Shown here: piece by piece, positions 41,988 through 51,428 of the stretch
Position numbering within the stretch: position 1 is the first letter of the stretch
How the letters are laid out: each line of letters begins with the position of its first letter
Origin: Armatimonadota bacterium
Lineage (GTDB): Bacteria > Armatimonadota > Zipacnadia > JAUWAU01
Assembly: GCA_030601885.1 (NCBI GenBank)
Contig: JAUWAU010000016.1
Coordinates: 66,817-130,816 of the forward strand
Direction of reading: 5' to 3'
DNA length: 64,000 nt
Notes under the pieces: generated by a model
The model's database searches: none
What the model was told of the DNA's origin: nothing
The model's input: only the letters and a program-made list of their open reading frames with translations
Program-made: the position numbers and the translations under genes

Positions 41988-44900
41988 CTAAGGCATGAGC
42001 GCCTGGTCGAGCACGGAGAGGCTGTGGAGGTCGGGGTGTGCCTTCTCCATTTGCTGGATCTGCCACTGCAGGGAGCGGCGGAGCTGCTCATCCTCTGCGC
42101 CGAGCATGGCGCTGACGATGATCGGATAGGCCGCTTCGGCGTCGAGGGATGCGAGACTCCCCGCCAGCGCGCTGCCGTAGTTGCGGTAGTTCGTGCGCCG
42201 CTCCGTCGCTGCTCTCTGCCCAAGGCGAGCGTCCTCGGGACCCATCGCCATCAACTGCTCAAGCAGCGCCGCCACGTCGCGAAACGCCGGGCGATGCCCA
42301 TGCTTCCCGAGCACGCCCGCAGCACGCACCCGTGGGGCCAAGGCTGCCGCGCCTCGGAGCACGGAGTGCACCTTCTCAAGGCCAGCGCCGCCGAGGTTGG
42401 CGAGGGCCTCCATCTCCGCGGAGCGGGTCCAACTCGCCCACGTGGCGAGGCTGGTGTCGAGCGCTTGGGAGAGGTCGGGGAGGGCCTCCGTACATCTGAG
42501 CTCGCCGAGCGCGCGGGCCAAGCTAGCGCCGCGGCGGTCCCATGCACGGTAGGCGGCCAGCAGCGCCTTTGCCGCCCCGGGATCGCCCGACCCCGCAAGG
42601 TACTCTATCACCTCGCGTGGTGGATAGGGGCCCGACGCGGCCCAAGTCACCAACTGCTCGACGGGAGGCCAGTCGTCGCTCTCGTCGGTGAAGTTGCCGG
42701 CCACGTACACGAGCGCCTTGGCTGCCGCGACCTGCACAGCGGTGCTGGGATCGCGCAGCGCTTCGTACAGCGGGGCGCGAGCGAGGGCGAATGCATGCGC
42801 GCCGGCGGCGGACTGCTCGGGATCCGCCAGGGGGACTGCCCAGCCCGCGCGAGCGCCCCGCTCGCGATCCTCCGGGGCGAGCGTCCACCGGCGGCCGCGT
42901 TTGGTGGCCAAGGAGCCGAGCCCCTCCGCCGCGCCGAGGCGCTCGTTCGCGTCGGCGGATCGCCGCAGCACGTCCACTAGCAATGGCACCGCGTCCCTGC
43001 CCAGACGGCGCACGAGCGCTTTGACCGCGGCAGCACGCGTCTCGCGGGCTTCGTGGTCCCCCCCGGTGACTCCGAGCAACTTCACGCAGAGCGGTACGAT
43101 CCGCTCGTCGTCGTACGCGGCGAGCACATCGATGGCCTCCGCCCACAGAGTCGGCTCCTGCTGTCTGAGCAGACCGAGGACCGCCGAGACGAGGCGCTCG
43201 TCGTGGTACTCGCTGGCGAGGCGGAGGTAGGCCTCCATCGAGCGGTGCCAAGCCCAGTAGTCGGAGCCCGTGTCCTCGGGCCTCGGGACGCGCAGGCCGG
43301 ACACGATATTGTCCACACCCTTCACGTCTTCGGCCAGAGCAAGCGCCTCCGTCGCGCCACGGTGCCGTCGTGCGCGGACGCCAAAGCGCTCCTTGTCCGG
43401 ATCGGGGGTCGGGATGTGCTTTGCGGCCTCGATGCCCTTCTCACCGAACTCCTGCAGCGCGAGGGCCACCAGGCTGCCGCCGCGCGCGCCCCGCACCCTG
43501 GCGAAGGACTCGGCAATCACGGGCACCGAGCGTTCCTGCTTGAGGCACGCAAGCGCGCAGACGGCAATGCCCGGGTAGAGGGGGTCGGCATCGAAGGCGA
43601 GGGCTGCTTCTAGGAGGGGGATGCCTGCTTCGCCAACGGCGTCGGCCACGTGCCTGCCGGCGGCCTGGTAGTCGCCCACGCTCGGGCCGCCGCGGTTCAT
43701 GAAGCCGCGGGGCCTGAAGGCCGCGGCCTCCACAAACACCGCCACAAGCTCCGGCTCCAGGATGCGAATGAGCAGCGCCTCGCACAACACCCGCGGGTGC
43801 CAGTCGGTGGCCGAGTCCTTGTGCTTGCGAAGAGGACCGACGGCGCGACTGCCGAGTGCGAGGATGTCGTCCCGGAGCTGCCGGTGCATGTGCTCTCGCG
43901 CCGCGACCGCAGCGTCAAGAAGAATACGCAGCCCACGCGCGTCCCCTCTGCGGGCGAGGCAGCGCGCGGCCACCTCGCGTACGGTGGGCGCCTCGGCTTC
44001 GAGGAGCTCCGCGAGGCGCTGGCGGTCGCCCCCCATCGCCGGCAGCACCGCCTCAGCCAACTCGGCCGCGGCCCTGTACTGGGCTGCATGCGCGGCATCT
44101 GGATCGTCGGCTCGCCGCACGACTTCCTCGAGCATCGGGACGGCGTCACGGCTCCCGAGGAGCAACGTGGCCACGACAACAGAATCGATGTACCGCGTCG
44201 GCTCCGGCTCAAGTAGTTCGCGATACGCCTCGAGGGCACGCTTATCGCCCATCCCCGCAAGGGCCAGTGCGAGTTGTGGCCCGTACTCGTCAGAGAACTT
44301 GTGACGGAGCAGCCCGTCGGCGAGCACCTCGAACGCGAGGCTGTTCCCCTTCAGTCGCGCGAGGCGCAGGAGGTCCTCCGAACTGAAGTACACGTAGGCG
44401 CGCTCGATGAGCAGTGGGGCGGGAATCGCCTCGGGGGTCGCGTCAAGGCGGTAGCGTTCCCAGAAGTTGGTGCGACCGAAGAGCGGAGCAACGGTGCGAT
44501 AGAACGATGCCGCTGCCTCCGGGTGCTCGAGCTCGAACAGAAGGCCGGAGGCGATCGCGCGCGTTGTCAGAGGCCCATCGCCGTGGGCGCGCTGCTTCAG
44601 GAACTCCAGTGCCGCATCAGCGAAACTCAGCATGGCCTCCCGCACGGGGGTGTAGCGCCGTTCTCTCGACGTGTTATACCGTCGCTTGCCGTCGGGGCGG
44701 GCTATTCGCCCAAGCTCAGCAAAGACGAGGGGGACGGCCTCGGGCGCGCGCATCTCGCCGAGCGCGGCGCAGTAGCCCTCGGTCTGCTTCGAGTGTGTCG
44801 CCTCTTTGAGCCCGCTCATGAGGAGGGGCGCGCTTTCGGTGTCGCCGATCCGGCCGAGGGCGAGCGCGGCTCCCGTCGCCCGCATCATGGCCGGCCAGTT

Positions 44901-45626
44901 GCGCTCACGGGTCTGCCGTGCCGCTTCCGTATAGCCGTCGGGCCATTCGGTCGGGCAGTCCCGGACCGCATCGCGCAGCACGGGCGCCGCCGGCTCGCCG
45001 ATCGCTGCCAATGCATCGACGATGCTCGCGCCGTGTCGGGAGTACACGCCGTAGCGGTGAAGAAGGCCGGGGGCAGCCTCCGGAGCAGCGAGATGCTCCA
45101 GCACACGGAGGGACCGTCTCCACAGTACCTCGTTCTCGCTTATCCTTCCTCCGGCCGTGTCGCGCAGGCGGTCGAGGATGACGGGGACGGCGTTTCTGTC
45201 TATGACGACCGTTGTGGGCTCCGGCTCCGTGCCGGGTTGGGCCGGCTTTGGCCCCTCGTAGGGCGGCAGCGTGACGCGCACGGTCGCCTCCTCGCCAAGC
45301 TCAACTTCCGCATGCCGCGCCGCCATCGCATGCAGCCACAACGCCACCTTCTCCGGCTCTTCGATGCGAAGGATGAGCGCCCTCGCCAGATTCCGCTGGC
45401 GCCAGACGGGGCTGCTCGCCTTCTGCCTCAGGAACGGAAGGATGGCCTTTCCCTCGCGCTCGAAGAGGCTGCGCCCGATCGCATGGGCTTGGCCGTCGAG
45501 CTGCGCGGTCTGGATGAACGCATCCTCGCGGCTCAGTTCGATCGGCAGAGCCGGTGTCGCGAGAACGCTGAGCGCCGCCGGCAGGAGGACGATCGAGAAC
45601 CATCGGGGATAGTCACTGAGAGGCAC
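41988..45626 (-). CDS. Giant HEAT/Armadillo-type repeat protein with N-terminal signal/anchor
   Basis: 1212 aa. The N-terminal hydrophobic segment is WFSIVLLPAALSVLATPA. Throughout there are recurrent ~30-40-aa helical repeats with A/L/R-rich patterns (e.g. AVPLLVDVLRRSADANERLGAAEGLG, VREVAARCLARRGDARGLRILLDA). Confidence 0.7.
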   Translation of the reverse strand: MPLSDYPRWFSIVLLPAALSVLATPALPIELSREDAFIQTAQLDGQAHAIGRSLFEREGKAILPFLRQKASSPVWRQRNLARALILRIEEPEKVALWLHAMAARHAEVELGEEATVRVTLPPYEGPKPAQPGTEPEPTTVVIDRNAVPVILDRLRDTAGGRISENEVLWRRSLRVLEHLAAPEAAPGLLHRYGVYSRHGASIVDALAAIGEPAAPVLRDAVRDCPTEWPDGYTEAARQTRERNWPAMMRATGAALALGRIGDTESAPLLMSGLKEATHSKQTEGYCAALGEMRAPEAVPLVFAELGRIARPDGKRRYNTSRERRYTPVREAMLSFADAALEFLKQRAHGDGPLTTRAIASGLLFELEHPEAAASFYRTVAPLFGRTNFWERYRLDATPEAIPAPLLIERAYVYFSSEDLLRLARLKGNSLAFEVLADGLLRHKFSDEYGPQLALALAGMGDKRALEAYRELLEPEPTRYIDSVVVATLLLGSRDAVPMLEEVVRRADDPDAAHAAQYRAAAELAEAVLPAMGGDRQRLAELLEAEAPTVREVAARCLARRGDARGLRILLDAAVAAREHMHRQLRDDILALGSRAVGPLRKHKDSATDWHPRVLCEALLIRILEPELVAVFVEAAAFRPRGFMNRGGPSVGDYQAAGRHVADAVGEAGIPLLEAALAFDADPLYPGIAVCALACLKQERSVPVIAESFARVRGARGGSLVALALQEFGEKGIEAAKHIPTPDPDKERFGVRARRHRGATEALALAEDVKGVDNIVSGLRVPRPEDTGSDYWAWHRSMEAYLRLASEYHDERLVSAVLGLLRQQEPTLWAEAIDVLAAYDDERIVPLCVKLLGVTGGDHEARETRAAAVKALVRRLGRDAVPLLVDVLRRSADANERLGAAEGLGSLATKRGRRWTLAPEDRERGARAGWAVPLADPEQSAAGAHAFALARAPLYEALRDPSTAVQVAAAKALVYVAGNFTDESDDWPPVEQLVTWAASGPYPPREVIEYLAGSGDPGAAKALLAAYRAWDRRGASLARALGELRCTEALPDLSQALDTSLATWASWTRSAEMEALANLGGAGLEKVHSVLRGAAALAPRVRAAGVLGKHGHRPAFRDVAALLEQLMAMGPEDARLGQRAATERRTNYRNYGSALAGSLASLDAEAAYPIIVSAMLGAEDEQLRRSLQWQIQQMEKAHPDLHSLSVLDQALMP

Positions 45627-45786
45627 GCTGTTCCACCTCCACGGCCGGCCGAGCCGCCGAAGTGCGGCCCGGTCCCTTTCTCTTGGACCCCATGGACAAG
45701 GCCCGGCGTTGCCTGACTTCGCGAGCTACCGTCAGTACCTCAGACGCTCCGGATCTGTGGCGAGTTCAGCAGCCGGCGCCGCAGCA

Positions 45787-47346
45787 CTACGCAAAGGGGT
45801 CTTGGGGGACCTGGTCGAGGCGGGGCTCCTTCGTGGCGGCGAGGTGGTCGCGGAGGCGCCGGTGCATCTCCCGCACCACCGCCCGGTACTTCCGGTCCTC
45901 CACCAGATTCACGTTCTCGTCCGGATCATCGACCACGTGGTAGAGCTCGTTGAAGCCGTTGGACCGGTACACGTACTTCCACTCCCCCTGGCGGATCATG
46001 CGCATGACCCACGCGCCGGTTCCGTGGGCCGTGCGCTCGCAGAAGGCAGCTCTGTCGCGATCCTCCTTCTCCCGGCCCTCGATGAGCTGCCGGAGGCTGC
46101 GGCCATCGATTCCCTCGGGAGCCGGCACGCCGGCGTAGTCCAGCAGCGTCGGCATGATGTCCACGGAGTTGGCGGGCGTGTTGATCACCGTGCCGGGTCG
46201 AATTCGGCCGGGGAGGCGCATCAGCATCGGCACGCGGCCGACGGCGTCGTAGAAAGCGGGGAGCGACTTGCCTACCGACCCGTGTGAGCCCTGCATGTCA
46301 CCGTGGTCCGCGGTGAAGAGCACGAGCGTCTTGTCCGCGAGGCCCAACTCCTCCAGGCGCTTCAATATGCGGCCGACGTTCCAGTCGATGAATGACACCT
46401 GCCCGTAGTAGCAGCGCAGGTACTCCCGGATGCCCTCCGGGCCGATGCAGTCGCCGAGCCGGCGGGCGACGCTGGTGCGGTACATCTCGGGGCAGATGTC
46501 GAGGTTGTCGGGGAGGGGCATCGCCGCCGGATCGTACATGCTGTAGTAGGGCTCGGAGGTGACCCAGAGGGCGTGCGGCGGCGACCAGGAGCAGGTGATC
46601 ATGAAGTTGCGGTCGCGGTACTTCTCCAGCAGCCCCATAGTCTGCTCGGTCATGAGGCTCTCGGGCAGGCCCTCGGGCGGGATGACGCTGCGCCCGATGA
46701 TGGAGATGTCCTGCTTCGGGCGCCGATCCAACGTCGCCCATACCTTGCGCCCCTCCACGACCGCGTCGGTCATCTCGACGGGGCGCCCCCAGGCGCGCGC
46801 TTCGCCGGGCTTCTTCGGGTAATCGGCGGCCGGGGAGTGTTTCTCCTGGAACACACCGTACCCACTGACGTAGCCTCGGCCCTCGTCATCGCCGCGGTAC
46901 GCGCGGAAGTCCGCCTTCGGCCCGAGATGCCACTTGCCTCGATGGCCGGTGGCGTATCGGCGGTCGAAGAGCATGTCCTCGGTCGTCACCCAGTCGCTCC
47001 GCGCGGCGTGCTCGCGGCCCCGGACGTTGGTGTTCTGCCCGTGCCGATGCGGGTACAGCCCGGTGACGACGGATGCGCGCGTGGGCGAGCAGAAGGGAGT
47101 GGGACAGAAGGCCTGCGTGAACCGAACACCCTCGGCGGCGAGACGGTCGAGGTTGGGTGTGTGGATAAGCTCGTTCCCGGCGCAGCCAAGCGTGCGGTGA
47201 TGCTGCTGGTCGGTCATGAGGAAGAGGATGTTGAGGCCGTCTCCCTCTGCATGAGCCGGCAGCTCCATAGCCTGCACGGCAGCGGCTCCGAGCAGTGTGC
47301 CCCCGGTGCGCGTGATGAACTCCCGGCGGGTCATGTCACGACTCAT
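45787..47346 (-). CDS. TAT-exported sulfatase (S1 family)
   Basis: The twin-arginine signal is TRREFITRTGGTLLGAAA. Family blocks are ILFLMTDQQH, the active-site CSPTRASVVTG and VLFTADHGDM. Confidence 0.9.
   Translation of the reverse strand: MSRDMTRREFITRTGGTLLGAAAVQAMELPAHAEGDGLNILFLMTDQQHHRTLGCAGNELIHTPNLDRLAAEGVRFTQAFCPTPFCSPTRASVVTGLYPHRHGQNTNVRGREHAARSDWVTTEDMLFDRRYATGHRGKWHLGPKADFRAYRGDDEGRGYVSGYGVFQEKHSPAADYPKKPGEARAWGRPVEMTDAVVEGRKVWATLDRRPKQDISIIGRSVIPPEGLPESLMTEQTMGLLEKYRDRNFMITCSWSPPHALWVTSEPYYSMYDPAAMPLPDNLDICPEMYRTSVARRLGDCIGPEGIREYLRCYYGQVSFIDWNVGRILKRLEELGLADKTLVLFTADHGDMQGSHGSVGKSLPAFYDAVGRVPMLMRLPGRIRPGTVINTPANSVDIMPTLLDYAGVPAPEGIDGRSLRQLIEGREKEDRDRAAFCERTAHGTGAWVMRMIRQGEWKYVYRSNGFNELYHVVDDPDENVNLVEDRKYRAVVREMHRRLRDHLAATKEPRLDQVPQDPFA
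45911..46000. repeat. 90-bp exact direct repeat (partner 41758..41847)
   Basis: Identical to 41758..41847. It lies inside the 3' end of the intact sulfatase gene. Confidence 0.9.
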
Positions 47347-47367
47347 GTGATCGCCTCCCAGAGAAGG

Positions 47368-48777
47368 CTATTCCTGCTCGATGGAATGCGGCCCAATCGC
47401 CGCCGTGCGCATCGTCCGGTAGTCGGAGTTAAACAGCCACTCGTCGCCGATCTCCCGCATCTTCCGCCACATGCGCTTGGTCATGTCGATGAGCATGTCG
47501 CGATGGGCGGGATCTTGCGCGAGATTGTGCCGCTCGTCGGGGTCGTCGGCGAGGTCGTAGAGCTCGTCTATCCCGCCGGGCGAGAAGACGAACTTCCAGT
47601 TGTCGCGCCAGACGAGTCGCTGCGTGTAGAAGAAACGCTGGCTGTAGAACTCCGCGTATGCCTCGCGCCACTCGTCCGGGTCGGCGGTCCTTTCGAGCAC
47701 AGGCCGGAGGCTTCGCCCCTGGCAGGCCGGCAACGGATCCAGGCCGACGAGATCCAGCAGCGTCGGCGCGATGTCCACCATGCTCACGAGCGTGTCGGAG
47801 TCAAGGCGGCCATCGGTCATGCCCGGTGCGCGAAGGATCAGCGGGATGTTGTACACGTCCTCGTACGACAGGCAGAGCCCCAGGCCGATGATGCCCCTGG
47901 CGCCGACCATCTGGCCATGGTCCGATGTGAAGACGATGATGGTGTCGTCGTACGTGCCGGTCTCCCGCAGCACGTCGAGCACTCTCCCGACCTCGTGGTC
48001 CACGAAGGTGATGACGGCCAGGTACGAGGCGAGGGTCCTGCGCCACTCGTCGTCCGTGATGCTGCTCCACGAGTCGCGGATCCGGCGGAGCATTTCGGGC
48101 TTGTCGAGCAGGTCGTCATGGAGGGATGCGGGCAGGGGCACGCTCTCCACGTCGTACATGCTCATGAACTGGGTGGGGGCGACGAGGGCCCCGCCCGGCT
48201 CGATCATGGAGACGAAGCAGCAGAAGGGCGCATCGCCGTCGGCGTGCCTGCGGATGAAGTCGATCCCCTTCTCGATGGCCGGATGGCGGATCGGCTCGCT
48301 GCCATCCGCCGCCTCGGCAGTCAGGACGGTGTCGCGGTAGCCCTCGTTGTGCAGGACGACCTCGGTGCCCTTGACGCGCGGCACTCTCGCTCCCTGGACG
48401 TCGGTGTCGTACTCGTCCCAGCCGAAGCGCTTCAGCTTCTCCGACTGCTCGACGTGCCATTTGCCGAAGTAGGCGTTTCGGTAGCCCGCGTCGTGCAGAC
48501 GCTGCGGCCAGTGCACGAGATGCTGCCGGATGTCGAGCCACTCCTTCTGCTGCGTGTGGGTGCAGTCCCACACGCCGTGCGTGGACGGGTACGTGCCCGT
48601 CAGCAGCGACGCGCGAGAGGGAGAACAGATGGCATTCGTGGTGTAGCAGCGGCGGAAACGGATGCCTTCGGCGGCCAGGGCGTCCAGGTTCGGCGTCAGG
48701 CACTGGCCGCCCGGCGCCATCGCCTTCTCGCCCGCGTGGTCCGTCATCAGCAAGACGACATTCGGTTGACCCGGCAT
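47368..48777 (-). CDS. Sulfatase (S1 family) without an obvious signal peptide
   Basis: The ATG at 48777 follows GAGGAG by 7 nt. Family blocks are NVVLLMTDHAG, the active-site CSPSRASLLTG and IVFTSDHGQM. The N-terminus lacks a hydrophobic or RR leader. Confidence 0.85.
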   Translation of the reverse strand: MPGQPNVVLLMTDHAGEKAMAPGGQCLTPNLDALAAEGIRFRRCYTTNAICSPSRASLLTGTYPSTHGVWDCTHTQQKEWLDIRQHLVHWPQRLHDAGYRNAYFGKWHVEQSEKLKRFGWDEYDTDVQGARVPRVKGTEVVLHNEGYRDTVLTAEAADGSEPIRHPAIEKGIDFIRRHADGDAPFCCFVSMIEPGGALVAPTQFMSMYDVESVPLPASLHDDLLDKPEMLRRIRDSWSSITDDEWRRTLASYLAVITFVDHEVGRVLDVLRETGTYDDTIIVFTSDHGQMVGARGIIGLGLCLSYEDVYNIPLILRAPGMTDGRLDSDTLVSMVDIAPTLLDLVGLDPLPACQGRSLRPVLERTADPDEWREAYAEFYSQRFFYTQRLVWRDNWKFVFSPGGIDELYDLADDPDERHNLAQDPAHRDMLIDMTKRMWRKMREIGDEWLFNSDYRTMRTAAIGPHSIEQE

Positions 48778-48987
48778 GGAGGCACTCCTCACTCCCCAGT
48801 CGTCATGCCGTGGGGCGCAGGCCGCTGTCTGAAGCGGGGTCCCGTACGGGACTTCCAGCCTGCATCCCAGGCTTCCAGCCTACAGAAAGCGCCCATCCCG
48901 CTCCGCCCGCAGCGACCACAGGGCCGAATCCGACGGCGCCCGGCTCATCATGTCTGCGAGCGACATGGAGGTGAGCCTCGCTGGGGG

Positions 48988-50028
48988 CTAGTTCGACAGA
49001 ACGACCGGCCGACCCGATTCACAAGACTCATACGCGGCCACGATAACCTCGAGCGTCTTGCGACCTTCTTCGCCCGGTATATCCGCGGGCTCGCCATCCA
49101 GCACGGCAGCCGCGAAGCGGTCCATGGCAAGGACCCCACTATCCATGGACTCGAGCTTGAGGTCAGTCCACTCTCCACTCTCCAGCCCGGGGACTTCGCG
49201 CGTGGTATACACCTGTAGTCGCGCTCTCCCCTCGAAGATGATCTGCCCGTGGGTGCCGTAGATCCTGTTCCCCGGGCCGCGTCCACCGCGGGCGCAGGAG
49301 GAGCCCAGTATGTTGCCGACGGCGCCGTTGTCGTAGCGGAGCGTGACGCTGATGAAGTCCTCCACTTCGACGTCGGTGCAGAACGTGTCGTATTCGGCGT
49401 ACACGCGAGTGGCTTCCAGGCCGGTGATGTAGCGCAATCGATCGATATCGTGCACCAGGTTCATGATGAGAATGCCGCCGCCGGACTCCTCCTTCGACTT
49501 GCGCCACGTCGTCTGAACGCGCCCCGTGAAGCCGCCCGTCCAGTAACTGTCCGCCTTGTCCCCGGCGGCGGTGAACGTCAACGCAATGACGTCTCCAATG
49601 GCGCCGGCTTCGATGAGCTCCTTCGCTCGCCGTGCCGCGGGCGTGTACCGAGTGACGAGGCGCACCATGAGCACCACCGAGGCCTTGCTGCACGCGTCGA
49701 TCATCGCGTCGGCCTGCTCCAGCGTGCAGGCGATGGGCTTCTCCACCATCACGTGCTTCCCGGCCTCGGCGGCCTGGATGGTCTGCGGCGCGTGCAGGTT
49801 GTGCGGCGTGGAGATCACGACGGCGTCAACATCGTCGCGTTCCAGCACCTCGTCGAGGCTCGTCGTCCACTCCGTGTCATACTCGGCCGCGAATGACCTG
49901 GCCACTTCCTCCACAACATCCATGGCGACGACCATCTCGGTGCGGTCGGAGTTCCGGATCGCCTTGCCCGTGGATTTGTAGGCAATCTCGCCGGCGCCGA
50001 TCATCCCAAGTCGCAGTTTGGTGGGCAT
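48988..50028 (-). CDS. Gfo/Idh/MocA family oxidoreductase (cytoplasmic)
   Basis: The start is MPTKLRLGMIGAGEIAYKS. Family blocks are VVAMDV, VVISTPHNLH and HVMVEKP. Confidence 0.85.
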   Translation of the reverse strand: MPTKLRLGMIGAGEIAYKSTGKAIRNSDRTEMVVAMDVVEEVARSFAAEYDTEWTTSLDEVLERDDVDAVVISTPHNLHAPQTIQAAEAGKHVMVEKPIACTLEQADAMIDACSKASVVLMVRLVTRYTPAARRAKELIEAGAIGDVIALTFTAAGDKADSYWTGGFTGRVQTTWRKSKEESGGGILIMNLVHDIDRLRYITGLEATRVYAEYDTFCTDVEVEDFISVTLRYDNGAVGNILGSSCARGGRGPGNRIYGTHGQIIFEGRARLQVYTTREVPGLESGEWTDLKLESMDSGVLAMDRFAAAVLDGEPADIPGEEGRKTLEVIVAAYESCESGRPVVLSN

Positions 50029-50094
50029 GTGGTTCACCTGCTTCAAAGATTCGAGGCCTCTACTGTAGGCGAGCACCTGTGGCTCACCAGTCCG

Positions 50095-51231
50095 CTAAAG
50101 CCATCCCGTCAGCTTCGCCAACAGCCGCGTATACTCGATGAAGTTCGGCCAGGAGATGTCCGGCGGCACCCCGTGGTCGCACCCGGGGATGAAGCCGCCG
50201 TCCTTCAGCATAGGCGGCACCACGCGCATGACTTCCTCCTCCATGACCTTCCCGCCCGCCGCGATGGCGCGCTTGTCGATGGCGCCGTGGTAGGCCATGT
50301 CCTTCCCGAACTCTCGCCGGAACTCCACGATGTCGTTGTGCGCGGCGACCTCGATGGGGCAGCAGCAGTTGATGCCCGCCTCGATCCACAGCGGGATGAG
50401 CTCGCCGATGTAGCCGTCCGAGTCCATGTCGATGATGGGGCAGCCGCTTGCCTTGATCTCGCCGATCCACTGCTCGTAGGCGGGCATGAGGAAGCGGCGG
50501 CACATGGCGGGCGAGATCATGCTGTGCGCCTTGTAGGCCATGTCCTCCGAGATGCCCACGCGGTCGAGCTGGACGCGCTCCAGGATCGGCGCCATGGTGC
50601 GGGAGACGAAGTCGGCCCAGAATTCGCACATCTCGCCCACGAACTCCGGGTCGTCGGCCATCAGGATGCAGAGCCCCTCCATGCCGCACCACTCGCGGAG
50701 CTGCCAGAAAGGGCCGTTGAAGCTTATGCCCGTCACGTAGTCGCGGTTCCTGAGGGCTCTACATCGACGCTCGAAGTCCCTCGGGAAGCGCCCGGGCGTG
50801 TCCGGGTCGTAGCGCTCCTTCATCCGCTCCCAGTCGTCGCGGCCTTCGACGGGGAACTTGTGCCACTTGCGCGTGACGAAGTCCTTGGCGCTGCGCAGGT
50901 AGGTGTAGTCGAACTCGTCCGAGATCTCGACGACGGCGCCCATCCAGTCGCTCACGAGGTAGTGGCCGTCCTCGTGCTTGAGCACCTTCTCCTCGAACTG
51001 GGGCATCATCTTGAACGAGACGCCGACGCTTCGCGATGGCTTCGTCTTGTCGGGCTCGATGCCGAGGATCTCGAGCAGCGTGCTCATGTAATTCGCGCCC
51101 TCGGGCAGCCCCTGCTTGTACCAGGCCGCCCGTGTAGACTCCCTGGGCCCGCCGGGGCTCAGAGGCACTTTGTCCGGTTGGCCGAAGAGCAGTGTTTCGA
51201 GGTAGCGTTCGCGTTGGTTCATTGCTGTCAT
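50095..51231 (-). CDS. Uroporphyrinogen decarboxylase (URO-D) family protein
   Basis: The N-terminus MNQRERYLETLLFGQPDKVP is family-typical. The C-terminal block is GGFIPGCDHGVPPDISWPNF. It is a paralogue of 51429..52526. Confidence 0.7.
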   Translation of the reverse strand: MTAMNQRERYLETLLFGQPDKVPLSPGGPRESTRAAWYKQGLPEGANYMSTLLEILGIEPDKTKPSRSVGVSFKMMPQFEEKVLKHEDGHYLVSDWMGAVVEISDEFDYTYLRSAKDFVTRKWHKFPVEGRDDWERMKERYDPDTPGRFPRDFERRCRALRNRDYVTGISFNGPFWQLREWCGMEGLCILMADDPEFVGEMCEFWADFVSRTMAPILERVQLDRVGISEDMAYKAHSMISPAMCRRFLMPAYEQWIGEIKASGCPIIDMDSDGYIGELIPLWIEAGINCCCPIEVAAHNDIVEFRREFGKDMAYHGAIDKRAIAAGGKVMEEEVMRVVPPMLKDGGFIPGCDHGVPPDISWPNFIEYTRLLAKLTGWL

Positions 51232-51428
51232 CCGTTTTCAAGGTCCGGCCTGGTTTCTGTAGCCGGAGCAGCTTGCTCCGGCAGGCCTTAGGCTCTCCCC
51301 CTCGTGCCACAAGCCCGGAGCCCGGACTATGCAGGTCAGGCAGGGGACCCGCCTGGGCAAGCTGCCCAGGCTACAACGGGTGATATGAATGCTCGGAATA
51401 GGACGATGAGGCATTCTCCCACGGGCTA

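Noticed and set aside
42024-45716. Several 180-480-aa plus-strand ORFs (42024..42980, 43650..44216, 44274..45716)
   Set aside because: All are antisense or alternative frames of the 1212-aa HEAT-repeat gene. They are Arg/Gly-rich with no motifs.
46573-49218. 881-aa ORF on the plus strand, the longest non-annotated ORF in the window
   Set aside because: It lies antisense to two well-supported sulfatase genes and spans their intergenic gap. Its composition is the Arg/Gly/Val/Pro-rich pattern typical of shadow frames in GC-rich DNA. It contains no recognisable motif.
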